Assembly: GCA_964578995.1 (NCBI GenBank)
Contig: CAZOEZ010000003.1
Span: forward strand, 1 to 57,156
From: an uncultured archaeon
Lineage (GTDB): Archaea; Thermoplasmatota; Poseidoniia; MGIII; CG-Epi1
Direction of reading: 5' to 3'
DNA length: 57,156 nt
This document shows positions 27,603 through 38,138 of this stretch, in pieces. A model generated the notes under the pieces. That model was not told the origin of the DNA. It made no database searches and worked only from the letters and a program-made list of their open reading frames with translations. The translations under genes and the position numbers were made by a program. How positions within the stretch are numbered: position 1 is the stretch's first letter; each line of letters starts with the position of its first letter.

Positions 27603-29318
27603 GTGAAAGCAGGGCTAGAAATTCATCAACAGCTCGATTGCGGAAAACTTTTCTGTACGTGTGATTCCCTAGATATAGGAAATAACTCTGTTTTTGTTAG
27701 AAAACTACATGCCACCTCAAGTGAAATGGGAACTGTTGATGTTGCTGCAGAGGCTGAGGGTGTTAGAGAATTTACCTATTTTAACAAAAGTTGTAATTGT
27801 TTAGTTTATACAGATGAAGAACCACCTAGGGGGCCAAATCAAGAAGCTATAGAGATAGCCTTACAATTTGCAAAATTAGTTGGTGCGAATGTTATCGAAG
27901 AAATGCACTTTATGAGGAAAGTTGTCGTGGATGGTTCAAATACAAGTGGTTTTCAAAGAACTGCATTAGTTGCTATCGGCGGGAAAATAGAATATGAAAA
28001 TGGGACTATAGATATTGAACAAATTTGTTTGGAAGAGGATTCATGCCGATATGGAGAAAACAAAGATGAATATTTGTTGGATCGCTTAGGAATTCCACTT
28101 CTCGAAATTACTACTAAACCACAGCTTAAAGAACCAAAACAAGTCCAAATGGCTGCGAAAGCCTTAGGACGCCTATTGAGAGCATGCAGAGTAAAAAGAG
28201 GATTAGGAACCATAAGACAAGATGTTAATGTTTCAATAGATGGGGGAGAACGAGTAGAATTGAAAGGTTTTCAGGATTTGTCAACTATGTCTAAAGTAGT
28301 TGAAAATGAAATAATACGCCAACAGAATCTAAAAGATTTATCAGGGACTAAAGCCTCTGAACCAGTGGAAGTTACAGAACATATTTCTAAAGATAGAGGA
28401 ACTGCTATAGCTTGCAAATTAGCAGGATGGAAAGAAAAATTAGGTACAAAGAAATCTCCAGAAGGGCATATTCGAATGGGTAGAGAATTAGCCGATTATG
28501 CTAAAAAAGCAGGAGTGCAGGGTTTGATGCATAGTGATGAACTACCTGCATATGATATTAGTAGTGTAGAAACTAATAATTTACATCAATTACTAGAATG
28601 TAAAGAAAATGATGCCTTTGTTTTAATATTTGGTGAAAAAAAGATAGTTGAAGATGCTATCAGGAGAGTGATTGAAAGAATTGAAATCGATGGAGTGCCT
28701 AAGGAAGTAAGACGTGTCACACCAGAGGGGCTAACCAGATTTCTTAGACCAATGCCAGGAGCTTCAAGAATGTACCCAGAAACAGATATTCCTCCAATAA
28801 AATTGACCAATATCAAAGTCAAGGCACCGAAGACTTTGGATCAAAGAGAAAAAGAAATGCCTCTGAATGATGAAGAATCAAAACAAATCGTATCGAGAAA
28901 TTTAGATTATAAGTTCCGAAACTTTATGAAATATTATGGCGAAGCTAAAACTATTTCACGATTGCTACTACACACATTACCTAATTTAAAATCAAAAAAT
29001 GGAAAAATAATTAAAGAAGAAGCAATAATAAAAGTTTTAGAATTAGTTAAAGAAGGAAAAATAGCCAAAGAAGGAATTGAAGGGGCATTAATCCGAGCTA
29101 ATAGTGGTAAAGATATTAAAATTAGAAATGAAAATATAGAAGAAGATGTTGTTAAGTTTATTGACAAATTAATAAATGATAAACTTGATTTCATCAGACA
29201 GAGAGGAATGGAAGCTATTGGTCCTTTAATGGGGCCAGTTATGTCTGAATTCAGAGGCAAAATGGATGGTGCAAAAATAAATGCACTTTTGATTAAAAAA
29301 ATTAAGGAGAAAATGTGA
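27603..29318 (+). CDS. gatE: Glu-tRNA(Gln) amidotransferase subunit E
   Basis: GLEIHQQL, DEEPP, DGSNTSGFQRT, KRGLGTIRQDVNVS, HSDELP, RPMPGASRMYPETD. Confidence 0.97.
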   Translation: MKAGLEIHQQLDCGKLFCTCDSLDIGNNSVFVRKLHATSSEMGTVDVAAEAEGVREFTYFNKSCNCLVYTDEEPPRGPNQEAIEIALQFAKLVGANVIEEMHFMRKVVVDGSNTSGFQRTALVAIGGKIEYENGTIDIEQICLEEDSCRYGENKDEYLLDRLGIPLLEITTKPQLKEPKQVQMAAKALGRLLRACRVKRGLGTIRQDVNVSIDGGERVELKGFQDLSTMSKVVENEIIRQQNLKDLSGTKASEPVEVTEHISKDRGTAIACKLAGWKEKLGTKKSPEGHIRMGRELADYAKKAGVQGLMHSDELPAYDISSVETNNLHQLLECKENDAFVLIFGEKKIVEDAIRRVIERIEIDGVPKEVRRVTPEGLTRFLRPMPGASRMYPETDIPPIKLTNIKVKAPKTLDQREKEMPLNDEESKQIVSRNLDYKFRNFMKYYGEAKTISRLLLHTLPNLKSKNGKIIKEEAIIKVLELVKEGKIAKEGIEGALIRANSGKDIKIRNENIEEDVVKFIDKLINDKLDFIRQRGMEAIGPLMGPVMSEFRGKMDGAKINALLIKKIKEKM

Positions 29319-30526
29319 TTGAGAATGCATTGATTTTGGCTGCAGGAAAAGGGACACGGATGTGGCCCTTAACTGAAAATATTCCCAAACCACTCCTGCC
29401 GATATGTGGCCGACCTATTATAGAAAGACAAATCCAAGAATTGAAAAAAGTAGGTGTCAAAAAATTGTATGTTTTGATAGGATACCAAATGAAGGAGCTG
29501 TCAGATTACCTAGGAAAGACTAAATTCGATATTGATATCCAATATATTGTTCAAGAAGAGCAAATGGGAACTGGGCATGCTGTTAATCAAGCTAAAAATA
29601 TAATCAAAGGAAATTTCTATTGCATAAATGGTGATTTGATTGTTGATGCAAAGAACCTAGGACTGCTAAAGAAAATGGAAAATAATTTAGCAATGATGGT
29701 GACTAAGGTCAAGGATGGTTCTAATTTTGGAGTTGTAGAAAGCAAGAATGGTCGCTTAGTTTCAATAAGTGAAAAAAATAAGCATGGGGAGAGTACAATT
29801 AATGCAGGAATTTTTTTGTTCAACGAGAAAATATTCAAAGCTATTGATAATATAGAAAAATCAATTAGAGGTGAATATGAGCTCACCGATGCTTTACAGT
29901 CTATCTCCAATGACATCCATGTTCTAGAGTATCAAGGATTTTGGAAAGACATAGGAGCTCCGTGGGACTTAATTACGGCAAATGAAGAATATATTAATAA
30001 ACTTGAAAACCACGTTAAGGGAACTATTGAAGATAATGTGGTAATAAAAGGCAATTTGTATCTAGAGAAAAACTCTGTTATAAAATCAGGAACATACATA
30101 GAAGGACCTATATGGATTGGTAAAAACTGTACAATCGGTCCAAACTCTTACTTGCGTGAAGGAACTGTGCTTTGTGGTAGAAATAAAGTAGGTGCCTCAA
30201 CAGAAATAAAAAACTCAATTCTAATGAAAGGAGCAAAAGCACCACACCACAACTATGTTGGTGATTCTATAATTGGTGAGAATAGTAATCTTGGATCTGG
30301 GACAAAGATTGCTAATCTTAGATTGGATAAAAAAATAATTGAAGTCGTACATAAAGGAGAGAAAAAGAGTACAGAAAGAAGGAAACTCGGTGCAATAATT
30401 GGCAGTAATGTAAATACAGGAATAAATGCATCAATAAATGCAGGAACCATTCTTGGAAATAATGTTAAAGTTGGACCGAATTCTTTGGTTTCGGGAACTT
30501 ACGAATCTCAGAGCACAATAATCTAA
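29315..30526 (+). CDS. glmU: Bifunctional sugar-1-phosphate nucleotidyltransferase/acetyltransferase (GlmU-like)
   Basis: ILAAGKGTRMWPLT..PKPL, hexapeptide repeats, HHNYVGDS. Confidence 0.88.
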   Translation: MIENALILAAGKGTRMWPLTENIPKPLLPICGRPIIERQIQELKKVGVKKLYVLIGYQMKELSDYLGKTKFDIDIQYIVQEEQMGTGHAVNQAKNIIKGNFYCINGDLIVDAKNLGLLKKMENNLAMMVTKVKDGSNFGVVESKNGRLVSISEKNKHGESTINAGIFLFNEKIFKAIDNIEKSIRGEYELTDALQSISNDIHVLEYQGFWKDIGAPWDLITANEEYINKLENHVKGTIEDNVVIKGNLYLEKNSVIKSGTYIEGPIWIGKNCTIGPNSYLREGTVLCGRNKVGASTEIKNSILMKGAKAPHHNYVGDSIIGENSNLGSGTKIANLRLDKKIIEVVHKGEKKSTERRKLGAIIGSNVNTGINASINAGTILGNNVKVGPNSLVSGTYESQSTII

Positions 30527-31647
30527 TGCATATATTACAAGTAACACCATATTTTTATCCTCATTTTGGAGGCGTAGAATCTCATGTTTTAGGACTTTCT
30601 GAAAACTTGATTAAATTAGGACATGAAGTCGAAGTAGTTACCTCACGTTACAGCCGTATGCCTGAAATTGAAAGGTTGAATGGGATAAAGATAACAAGAT
30701 TACCTCAGTGGATTAACATGTACAATACGCCAATTGTAACTTCAATCCAACCTTTTGTTCGAAGAAACCATGCAGATGTAGTTCATGTTCATTCACCCCC
30801 CCCCTTTACCGAAAGATTTGCCGCAAAAGGCGCTAAGGAATCAAACAAACCATTAGTAGTTACACACCATTGTGATTTAGAACTAAGAGGAATGTTCGGA
30901 AATATAGCTGTAAATTTATATCAATCGATGCTAGGAAAATATCCTCTAGAGGCTGCAGACAGAGTTATTTCTACAACAAAGAGTTATGCAAGTACCTCTA
31001 GAAGCTTATGGGACATTGATGTAGAGGTGGTCCCAAATGCAGTAGACATAGACCGTTTTAACCCTAATAATGATGGTGAATTAATCAGAGAGAAATACGC
31101 AAAAGACGGGGACCCCATTGCTCTTTTTGTTGGAAGACTAGTTCCACACAAAGGCATTGGCATACTAATTAGGGCCATAAATCAAACTGAAAAAGGAAAA
31201 CTCTTGATTGTAGGTGATGGACCCTATCTTCCTTGGTTAAAACAATTAACTAAAAAAATGGACTTAGAAAAACGGGTTGTTTTTGTAGGGCCTATCTCTG
31301 ATTATTGGCTGCCTGCCTATTACGCAGCCACAGATGTTGTAATCTTACCTTCTACTTCACGATTAGAAGCTTTTGGAATAGTGGGACTAGAAGGCATGGC
31401 CTCTGGTAAACCTTTGATACTAAGTGATATCCCTGGAGTTAGGGACGTTATTTCCTCTGACGAAGGGTTCATAGTTGAACCATTAGACCCCGAAGCTATC
31501 AAAGAAGCACTAGAAAAAATATGGAATTCACCTGAAATGGCAAGACAAATGGGAAAACGAGGAAGGGAAAGAGTCGAGGCATTATTTTCATGGCAAAGAG
31601 TTTCTAAAGATGTTGAAAATATTTTCCAAGAAGTGATTTCTAAATAA
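30526..31647 (+). CDS. Glycosyltransferase family 4
   Basis: PHFGGVE, FVGRLVPHKG, EAFGIVGLEGMASGKP. Confidence 0.93.
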   Translation: MHILQVTPYFYPHFGGVESHVLGLSENLIKLGHEVEVVTSRYSRMPEIERLNGIKITRLPQWINMYNTPIVTSIQPFVRRNHADVVHVHSPPPFTERFAAKGAKESNKPLVVTHHCDLELRGMFGNIAVNLYQSMLGKYPLEAADRVISTTKSYASTSRSLWDIDVEVVPNAVDIDRFNPNNDGELIREKYAKDGDPIALFVGRLVPHKGIGILIRAINQTEKGKLLIVGDGPYLPWLKQLTKKMDLEKRVVFVGPISDYWLPAYYAATDVVILPSTSRLEAFGIVGLEGMASGKPLILSDIPGVRDVISSDEGFIVEPLDPEAIKEALEKIWNSPEMARQMGKRGRERVEALFSWQRVSKDVENIFQEVISK

Positions 31648-33373
31648 CTAATTCAGAATCAATTTCCTCTAGTGCTTTATTGTAATACGAAAAATCCTTG
31701 TTCATGGCCTTCATGACTAATGCTTTCCCATGTAATGCATCAGGGTTGTGTATGTCGCAACCTAAAGCTCCCTCAAAATACTCATCAGCTTCATCGTAAT
31801 CTCCTAATTCAAAAGAACACCAGCCTGCTGAAATCCATCCATCTATTTCATTAGGACTGATATTAATTGCCTGCCTTGCAAAACCAAGTGCGTCTTCTTT
31901 TCTATCCAAATTTTTCAAACAATGAACTTTTAAGATTAAATCATGAAAATTATCATTAAGAAAATCAAGAGCTCTATTTGGATATTCATCAGCTAATTTA
32001 TAGCCAATTAAAGACAACAAAGTCTCTGAGTCAGGATGTTTTGAAATTATTGAATCCAAATTATTGGCTAAATCCTTAGGATTCATTATTTGTATCAGCA
32101 ATTTGTAACCAGTAATAGAATCTGGATCAATGGATAGTCCTTTTTGAAGAACCTCCTGTGCATCTTCAAATTTATCATAGCTAATAAGAATCTCGGCCTT
32201 CATGAAATAGGGCCTACTAGTCTCTGAAGCCACAGATATCGCATTATTATACTGCCTGAATCCTTCCTGCACTACGCCTGCCTGTTCCAATATACGGCCT
32301 TTTTCAATCCAATCTAAATCTCTCATTCGGTTTCTTGAAAGTACGTCCTGTGCGCGCACAGCTTCATCATAACATTGCAATGCCTGCAAATTATTATTTA
32401 AGTGAAGATTGATATCTCCTAAAGCCATCCAACATGAGACATGTTGTCCATCTACTGAAAGACCCTGATTCAAAATTTGACGTGCTTTGTCAAAAAGATT
32501 TAATGCCATGAAACAACGACCTAGTGCCTCGTGATAATCTGGATCATCTCCATCTAACTCAATAGAGGTTTCAATGTATTCTAGACCCTCTTCAGGTCTA
32601 TTCAATTTTGTTAATGCTCTACCTTTAGCCATCCATGCATAATGAAATGTGGAATCAAGTTCAATTGCTTTCTCATGGTATGGTATTGATTCTTCATATC
32701 TATGCAAGTGGTCCAGTGCATTGCCTATGTTATTAACTGCAATTACATATTCAGAATCTAAATCCAAAGACTTCTTATATATTTCAATGCTTCGTTCATA
32801 TTGCCCCTGATTATAGTGAACATTGGCTAAATTATTCCAAGCAATCTTATCTTCAGGATCTAATTCTACGGCCTTCTGGTAATAGTCTTTAGAATCATTC
32901 AAACGCCCTGACAACTGTAGAGTATATCCATAATTATACCAAGCTACGGCATAACTAGGATCAGATTTCATTGATTCATCATAACATCTTAGTGCTTCAT
33001 TCCAACGATTTATATTGAAATTTGCAAAACCTCTATTATTCCAAGCCGGAGCATTTTTAGGCTCTAGTTCTAAGGATCTTACGTATGAATTAATCGCATT
33101 CTCAAATTTACTTAAACGCTGATACGAATCCCCCAAACGCATATGGTATCGTGAAACATCAGGTGCTAACTCACACGCTTTTGAATAATAAGTTATGGCT
33201 TTGTCAGGATTTCCTAGTGACATTTCAAGCATTCCCAATCTATTGTGCAATTGGGGATCCTCTGGAGCTAAACCTAAAGCTTCCAAGAATTTAGAGCGAG
33301 CCTCTTTGGAATCTCCCTCTTCTAAAAATATTTCACCCGACTTTACAAGATCAGTAACGTCCAAATCAATCAC
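31640..33373 (-). CDS. Tetratricopeptide repeat protein
   Basis: Many 34-aa repeats (AWNNRG, AWYNYG, AWNNLA, ..LDP). Confidence 0.92.
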   Translation of the reverse strand: MIDLDVTDLVKSGEIFLEEGDSKEARSKFLEALGLAPEDPQLHNRLGMLEMSLGNPDKAITYYSKACELAPDVSRYHMRLGDSYQRLSKFENAINSYVRSLELEPKNAPAWNNRGFANFNINRWNEALRCYDESMKSDPSYAVAWYNYGYTLQLSGRLNDSKDYYQKAVELDPEDKIAWNNLANVHYNQGQYERSIEIYKKSLDLDSEYVIAVNNIGNALDHLHRYEESIPYHEKAIELDSTFHYAWMAKGRALTKLNRPEEGLEYIETSIELDGDDPDYHEALGRCFMALNLFDKARQILNQGLSVDGQHVSCWMALGDINLHLNNNLQALQCYDEAVRAQDVLSRNRMRDLDWIEKGRILEQAGVVQEGFRQYNNAISVASETSRPYFMKAEILISYDKFEDAQEVLQKGLSIDPDSITGYKLLIQIMNPKDLANNLDSIISKHPDSETLLSLIGYKLADEYPNRALDFLNDNFHDLILKVHCLKNLDRKEDALGFARQAINISPNEIDGWISAGWCSFELGDYDEADEYFEGALGCDIHNPDALHGKALVMKAMNKDFSYYNKALEEIDSELVI

Positions 33374-34490
33374 CTATGACTTTATTAATTCTATCTATTG
33401 CAGTTTGTGTATCTTTTTTCAATTTTTCCCATTCGGCCCCACCATGCTCTCTCGGATCTGGTTTATGTGACAAAGCAATCTCATAACATTCAAGGGATTC
33501 ACGTGGTCTATCCAATAATTCGAGAACATAGCCCTTGTTATGCCAAGCCCAAGAATAGTCCTTTTTGAGTGCAATAGCTCTCTCATAACAATCTAAAGAT
33601 TCTTCCAACCTATTTAACTGTCTAAGTGTTACACCTCTATTATTCCAGGCACTCCTGTTTTTAGGATTTAATTCGGTTGATTGTTTAAAAGCTGTAAGTG
33701 CCTCTTGGAGATCGCCTACTCGAAAAAGTGCCTTTCCTAAATTGAACCAACAGACGGCATATTTAGGATTTGATGAGATGGCTCTTCGATAACTATCTAT
33801 TGCTTTGTGGTTATATCCTAAACGTGTAAGTGCAACACCTCTATCATTGTATATCACTTCATCTTCAACTAGAAGACTTTTCTTAATTGATTCTGATGCC
33901 TCTTTGTACTCATCCAACTCATCATGCGATTTACCTTTAGCTACAAGAACTTCGGTATCTCTTGGCCTAAATTCTAAAACTTGATCAAATAAGTCTAGTG
34001 ATTCTCTATATTTTCCAATACTATGAAATATTTTACCCTTCTGATAAAGTGAATCTCTGTGCTTAGGAACCTCTGCTAGGATTTTATCAAAGGTTATCAT
34101 CGCTTCATCAAATTTTTCTAGTTCGCGAAGTGATTTTCCCTTCAGGAAAAGGGCTTCAATATAGTTCGGATTCTTATCCAATGATTTTACTGAAAAATCA
34201 AGTGCTTTTTCTAATTTACCCATGCCCAAGTATGCTAAACCTATGTCCTTATACAATATATCTTTTTTGTTGACTCTGCCCTCTAATTTTATCAATATTT
34301 CAAGAGATTTATTATAATTCTTAGATTTTAAGAAGATTTTAGCTAATTCATGAATAAGATTTTTACTATCTGGTTTCAATTCGAGGGCTTTTTTGATTCT
34401 ATTTTCAGCCTTAGTATAATTACCTAATTTGCAGTAAGAGACCGCTTCAGCCTTCAGCTCCTGTAATTGACTTCTGGTTGATTCAGACAC
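33366..34490 (-). CDS. Tetratricopeptide repeat protein
   Basis: TPR repeats (IYNDRG, CWFNLG, AWNNRG, AWHNKG). Probable GTG start at 34490. Confidence 0.9.
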   Translation of the reverse strand: MSESTRSQLQELKAEAVSYCKLGNYTKAENRIKKALELKPDSKNLIHELAKIFLKSKNYNKSLEILIKLEGRVNKKDILYKDIGLAYLGMGKLEKALDFSVKSLDKNPNYIEALFLKGKSLRELEKFDEAMITFDKILAEVPKHRDSLYQKGKIFHSIGKYRESLDLFDQVLEFRPRDTEVLVAKGKSHDELDEYKEASESIKKSLLVEDEVIYNDRGVALTRLGYNHKAIDSYRRAISSNPKYAVCWFNLGKALFRVGDLQEALTAFKQSTELNPKNRSAWNNRGVTLRQLNRLEESLDCYERAIALKKDYSWAWHNKGYVLELLDRPRESLECYEIALSHKPDPREHGGAEWEKLKKDTQTAIDRINKVIGD

Positions 34491-34565
34491 AATGCCCCAT
34501 AATAGGCCAATAAAAAGTATTTGAAGTCCAAGAAGTTTATTTAACACGCTAATTATGGCCATAAG

Positions 34566-36086
34566 ATGAGCATAGCATTAGATGGTAAATCTTTGACGAT
34601 TGCTAAGTTAGTTGATGTTGCCCGAAATCACCAAACTCTAGAAGTTACAAAAGAAGCGTGGGAAAGAATAAACGAATGTAGAAAGATGCTCCAGAAAAAA
34701 ATAGATGCCCATGAAACCATGTATGGTATAACTACAGGAATTGGTGAATTTTCTGAAGTTACGTTAAATCCAGAACAGACGCAAGAATTTCAAAAATTAT
34801 TGATTTATTCACATGCCGCAGGAATTGGTGAACCAATGGATATTGAAATTGTGAGGGGGGCTATGTGTGGGCGTATAAATGTACATGCAAAAGGAAATTC
34901 AGGAGGAAGAAGAGAGATTACCCAATACCTTTTGGATTCGCTAAATAACAAACTTACGCCTGTTGTTTGTGAAAAAGGATCGGTAGGTGCTTGTGGTGAT
35001 TTAGCACCAATGTCACAAATTGCATTGGCAATGATGGGAGAGGGTGAAATGTTTGTAGAGGGAAATATTATGGATTCTAAATCGGCCTTAGAAAGTATAG
35101 GATTGAATCCTTTAGAATTAGAAGCAAGGGATGGATTAGCTTTGATTAATGGAAGTAATGTTCTCACAGCACTTGCTGCAATTATTCTTTATGACTCACA
35201 GAAATGGATGAAAATGCATGATATTGCTGCTTCTATGACTCTAGAAGCGCTCAAAGCTAATATGAAACCATATGATAAGAGAATACACCAACTACGAGGA
35301 TTTAGAGGGTCACAAAAAGTAGCCGCAAATTTGAATACATTAACCGATAATTCAGAAATACTATTCAGTGGTGAGAAGAAAGTTCAAGATGCTTATTCCA
35401 TGAGATCCACACCTCAAGTAGCAGGGTCTTTGAGAGATGCAATTGAATTCGCAGTTGAACAAATTGAAACGGAGCTGAATGGAGTTGGGGATAATCCTAT
35501 CTTCCTAACCAAAGAAGCTGAAGTCTTGACTGGAGCAAACTTCCAAGGAACGCCAGTTGCACTCCCTATGGAAATGATTGGAACAGGCCTGAGTATGGTC
35601 TCAGTTCTATCTGAAAGAAGAATGAATCGATTAACCAATCCTGCACTGTCTGTTGGTTTACCTCCTTTCTTAACCGAAAGACCTGGACTGCATTCCGGTA
35701 TGATGTTATCACAATATACTGCCGATGCATTAATCGCAGAATCAAGAATCCTATCACATCCTGCTGCTAATCAATCCATTCCTGCAGCTGCAGACCAAGA
35801 AGACTTTGTTTCAATGGGATTAACAACAAGCCAAAAAGTTAGAAAAATATTGGATAATAGTTATGGAGTTTTAGCTATTGAAATGATGGCTGCTGCACAA
35901 GCCTTGGATATCAGGGGTGGCAAAATGGGAAGGGGAACCTCAATTGCACACAAAGTCATAAGAAAATATGTTGATTATTTAGATGAAGATAGGCCGCTCT
36001 ATAAAGACAATAATAGAATGGTAGAATTGCTTAAATCAAATGAAATTTTAGATACTGTAGAAAAAGAATTAGGAGAACTAAACTAA
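34566..36086 (+). CDS. hutH: Histidine/aromatic amino acid ammonia-lyase (MIO family)
   Basis: YGITTGIG, SHAAG, GSVGACGDLAP, GLALING, QDAYSMR, DNP, NFQG, QEDFVSMG. Confidence 0.85.
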   Translation: MSIALDGKSLTIAKLVDVARNHQTLEVTKEAWERINECRKMLQKKIDAHETMYGITTGIGEFSEVTLNPEQTQEFQKLLIYSHAAGIGEPMDIEIVRGAMCGRINVHAKGNSGGRREITQYLLDSLNNKLTPVVCEKGSVGACGDLAPMSQIALAMMGEGEMFVEGNIMDSKSALESIGLNPLELEARDGLALINGSNVLTALAAIILYDSQKWMKMHDIAASMTLEALKANMKPYDKRIHQLRGFRGSQKVAANLNTLTDNSEILFSGEKKVQDAYSMRSTPQVAGSLRDAIEFAVEQIETELNGVGDNPIFLTKEAEVLTGANFQGTPVALPMEMIGTGLSMVSVLSERRMNRLTNPALSVGLPPFLTERPGLHSGMMLSQYTADALIAESRILSHPAANQSIPAAADQEDFVSMGLTTSQKVRKILDNSYGVLAIEMMAAAQALDIRGGKMGRGTSIAHKVIRKYVDYLDEDRPLYKDNNRMVELLKSNEILDTVEKELGELN

Positions 36087-37600
36087 TTTTTAGTAAAATG
36101 AAGGATTGCTTCACGTACGATTGAAACAATTAAATCTATCTCCTCCGAAGTTATAAAAAAGTGTGGCGTAAAGCGCAGTGCATTTTTCCCTCCATGAATT
36201 ACCCCTAATCCACGACGGCGACACCATGGTTCTACTGCATCAAAACCAATAACTGGCAAGGTTTTTGGTTCCAACTCAAGACTGCATAGTAACCCTGTTC
36301 CTTGAACTTTGACCACATACTCTGGAAATTCGTTTGAAAGAGTAGTCAACTTTTCTACGAATTCTGTGCCTTTTTCTCGAATATTTTGACGCAAGTCTGG
36401 TGTTATATTATCTAATACAGTAATAGCTGTTTCTAAGGCTCTTGGATTTGTTGTCATAGTGTTTCCATAGATTCCAGTAACATAGAGATCGGAAGCACGG
36501 GAATTCATTCCCAAAACTGAAAGGGGGTACTGTCCTGCATTCACAGCTTTAGACCAAGTTTCTAAGTCTGGAGCTTCGCAGTCTTGGAATCCTTCATAAT
36601 CTATTATCGAAAGACATCCTTGTCCTCTAATTCCTGCCTGAATGGAATCAATCAATAACAAAGAACCATGTTCTTTGGTCAATTTCCTTGCTTCATCATA
36701 AAATTCTCTATCAATACATTGCCCAGGATTTCCCTCTCCCTGAACTGGTTCAATAGCCATTAATTCGATAAACACATTGTTTTCATCAGCCTTTGCAAAA
36801 ACATCCTTGAGTGCTTGTATATCATTTGGAGGAACAAGATAGAGATTATCTCTGTCACGAAAAGATGCCAAATTAGTATCATAACCTTTCTTACACGAAT
36901 GTGAGATTTGAGCTGGTCGATCTGTACGGCCATGAAATCCTTGTTCTATTGCAAGAAGTTTGATTTGTTTTCCATCATGACGGGCCCCTGAAGATGTTAA
37001 AATATTTGAATTGGCATCTGCTATACGTAAACTGACAGTTACTGACTCAGAACCACTATTCATACAGATAAAATGGCTAAATGGACAACTCCCTCTAGTA
37101 TGGCCTAATTCCTTACGCAGCCTCTCTTCGAGACGTTTTTGAGAAAACGATGGAGTCATGACATTGGCCATTACCCAATTCTGAGACATAGATTCAATCA
37201 CTGAATCAGGTCCATGACCTGAACCAAGCATTCCATAGCCTCCATTATCATGTACAACTGCCCCATGTGAGGTAATAATCCATGGTCCTTTACCAGCAAT
37301 AGCAATGTATGGATTAACTGTAGCCGGTGCATAAAAATTCACAAATCCTTTTTGCAACCCTTTAATCAAAGAAGCCTCTGTCTCCATCAATAAATCATCA
37401 CCCAATTCTTCTCTAAGATGGGTATGATAATCAGATGCTTGATCTATAGCTATTGCTAATTTAGGATCTAAAGAAAGAAAATAAGTTATCTCCGAATCTG
37501 AAAGTCCTATTGTATCTGGCTGCCCACAATTTTTTCTAATAGTTTCTAATTTAGAAAAATGTGAATCGGATGCATTAGGCATAGTAACCTTTTCAGACAT
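36083..37600 (-). CDS. Class III PLP aminotransferase, resembling L-lysine 6-aminotransferase / Xanthomonadales ArgD-annotated type
   Basis: MNSGSES, FHGRT, EPVQGEG, DSIQAG, SKA, NALRFTP, plus an N-terminal extension with GFVNFY. Confidence 0.85.
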   Translation of the reverse strand: MSEKVTMPNASDSHFSKLETIRKNCGQPDTIGLSDSEITYFLSLDPKLAIAIDQASDYHTHLREELGDDLLMETEASLIKGLQKGFVNFYAPATVNPYIAIAGKGPWIITSHGAVVHDNGGYGMLGSGHGPDSVIESMSQNWVMANVMTPSFSQKRLEERLRKELGHTRGSCPFSHFICMNSGSESVTVSLRIADANSNILTSSGARHDGKQIKLLAIEQGFHGRTDRPAQISHSCKKGYDTNLASFRDRDNLYLVPPNDIQALKDVFAKADENNVFIELMAIEPVQGEGNPGQCIDREFYDEARKLTKEHGSLLLIDSIQAGIRGQGCLSIIDYEGFQDCEAPDLETWSKAVNAGQYPLSVLGMNSRASDLYVTGIYGNTMTTNPRALETAITVLDNITPDLRQNIREKGTEFVEKLTTLSNEFPEYVVKVQGTGLLCSLELEPKTLPVIGFDAVEPWCRRRGLGVIHGGKNALRFTPHFFITSEEIDLIVSIVREAILHFTKN

Positions 37601-37662
37601 CATAATCACGTATTAAATTGACCATAATTAAACTATTTGAGATAGAAAATTAAGAGAGAAAA

Positions 37663-38076
37663 CTAAATCTCGGACCTAAGGGTACGAACAAAAGTTGGTA
37701 ATTCCTCTATACAGGTTATATCCTTTGAACTCAAAATAGATAAATTTTGCCTTATACGCAGGTTTGGAATTAAGTCACAAGATTCCCCATATTGTTTTAA
37801 TTGTTTAGCTAAACTTCCTCCTGTTCGATCCCAATCAGTTAGTACAATGAAGATACTTCTTCGTCCAAATTTATGAACTATTTTTTCCACTGTTGAAAGA
37901 ACTGAATCTCCATCATTAAGCTCTACAATAATTCCATCAAAACCCAAATCTCTTAGAGCTTGGGTATCTCTTTTACCCTCAACAATAACTGGAGAATTAA
38001 GTTCCTCAAGGGATTTCCAAATCTTATCAAATACCTCTATACGGTTTAGAATATTAGACTTCCAAGTTTTATTCAT
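37663..38076 (-). CDS. Small TOPRIM-domain protein
   Basis: VIVEGKRD..AL and LTDWDRTG. Confidence 0.88.
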   Translation of the reverse strand: MNKTWKSNILNRIEVFDKIWKSLEELNSPVIVEGKRDTQALRDLGFDGIIVELNDGDSVLSTVEKIVHKFGRRSIFIVLTDWDRTGGSLAKQLKQYGESCDLIPNLRIRQNLSILSSKDITCIEELPTFVRTLRSEI

Positions 38077-38138
38077 TATTATTAAGTAATATAAGTAACG
38101 GACAGGGGGTCTTAAGTTAAGCCATCCGTCGGGGCTTG

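Noticed and set aside
27603-29318. gatE without adjacent gatD
   Set aside because: The two genes are often unlinked, so absence from this window is uninformative.
34491-34562. Hydrophobic N-terminal extension suggesting a membrane-anchored TPR protein
   Set aside because: It would leave 3 bp to the divergent hutH start. The region contains TATA-like elements for both genes, so the GTG at 34490 is more plausible.
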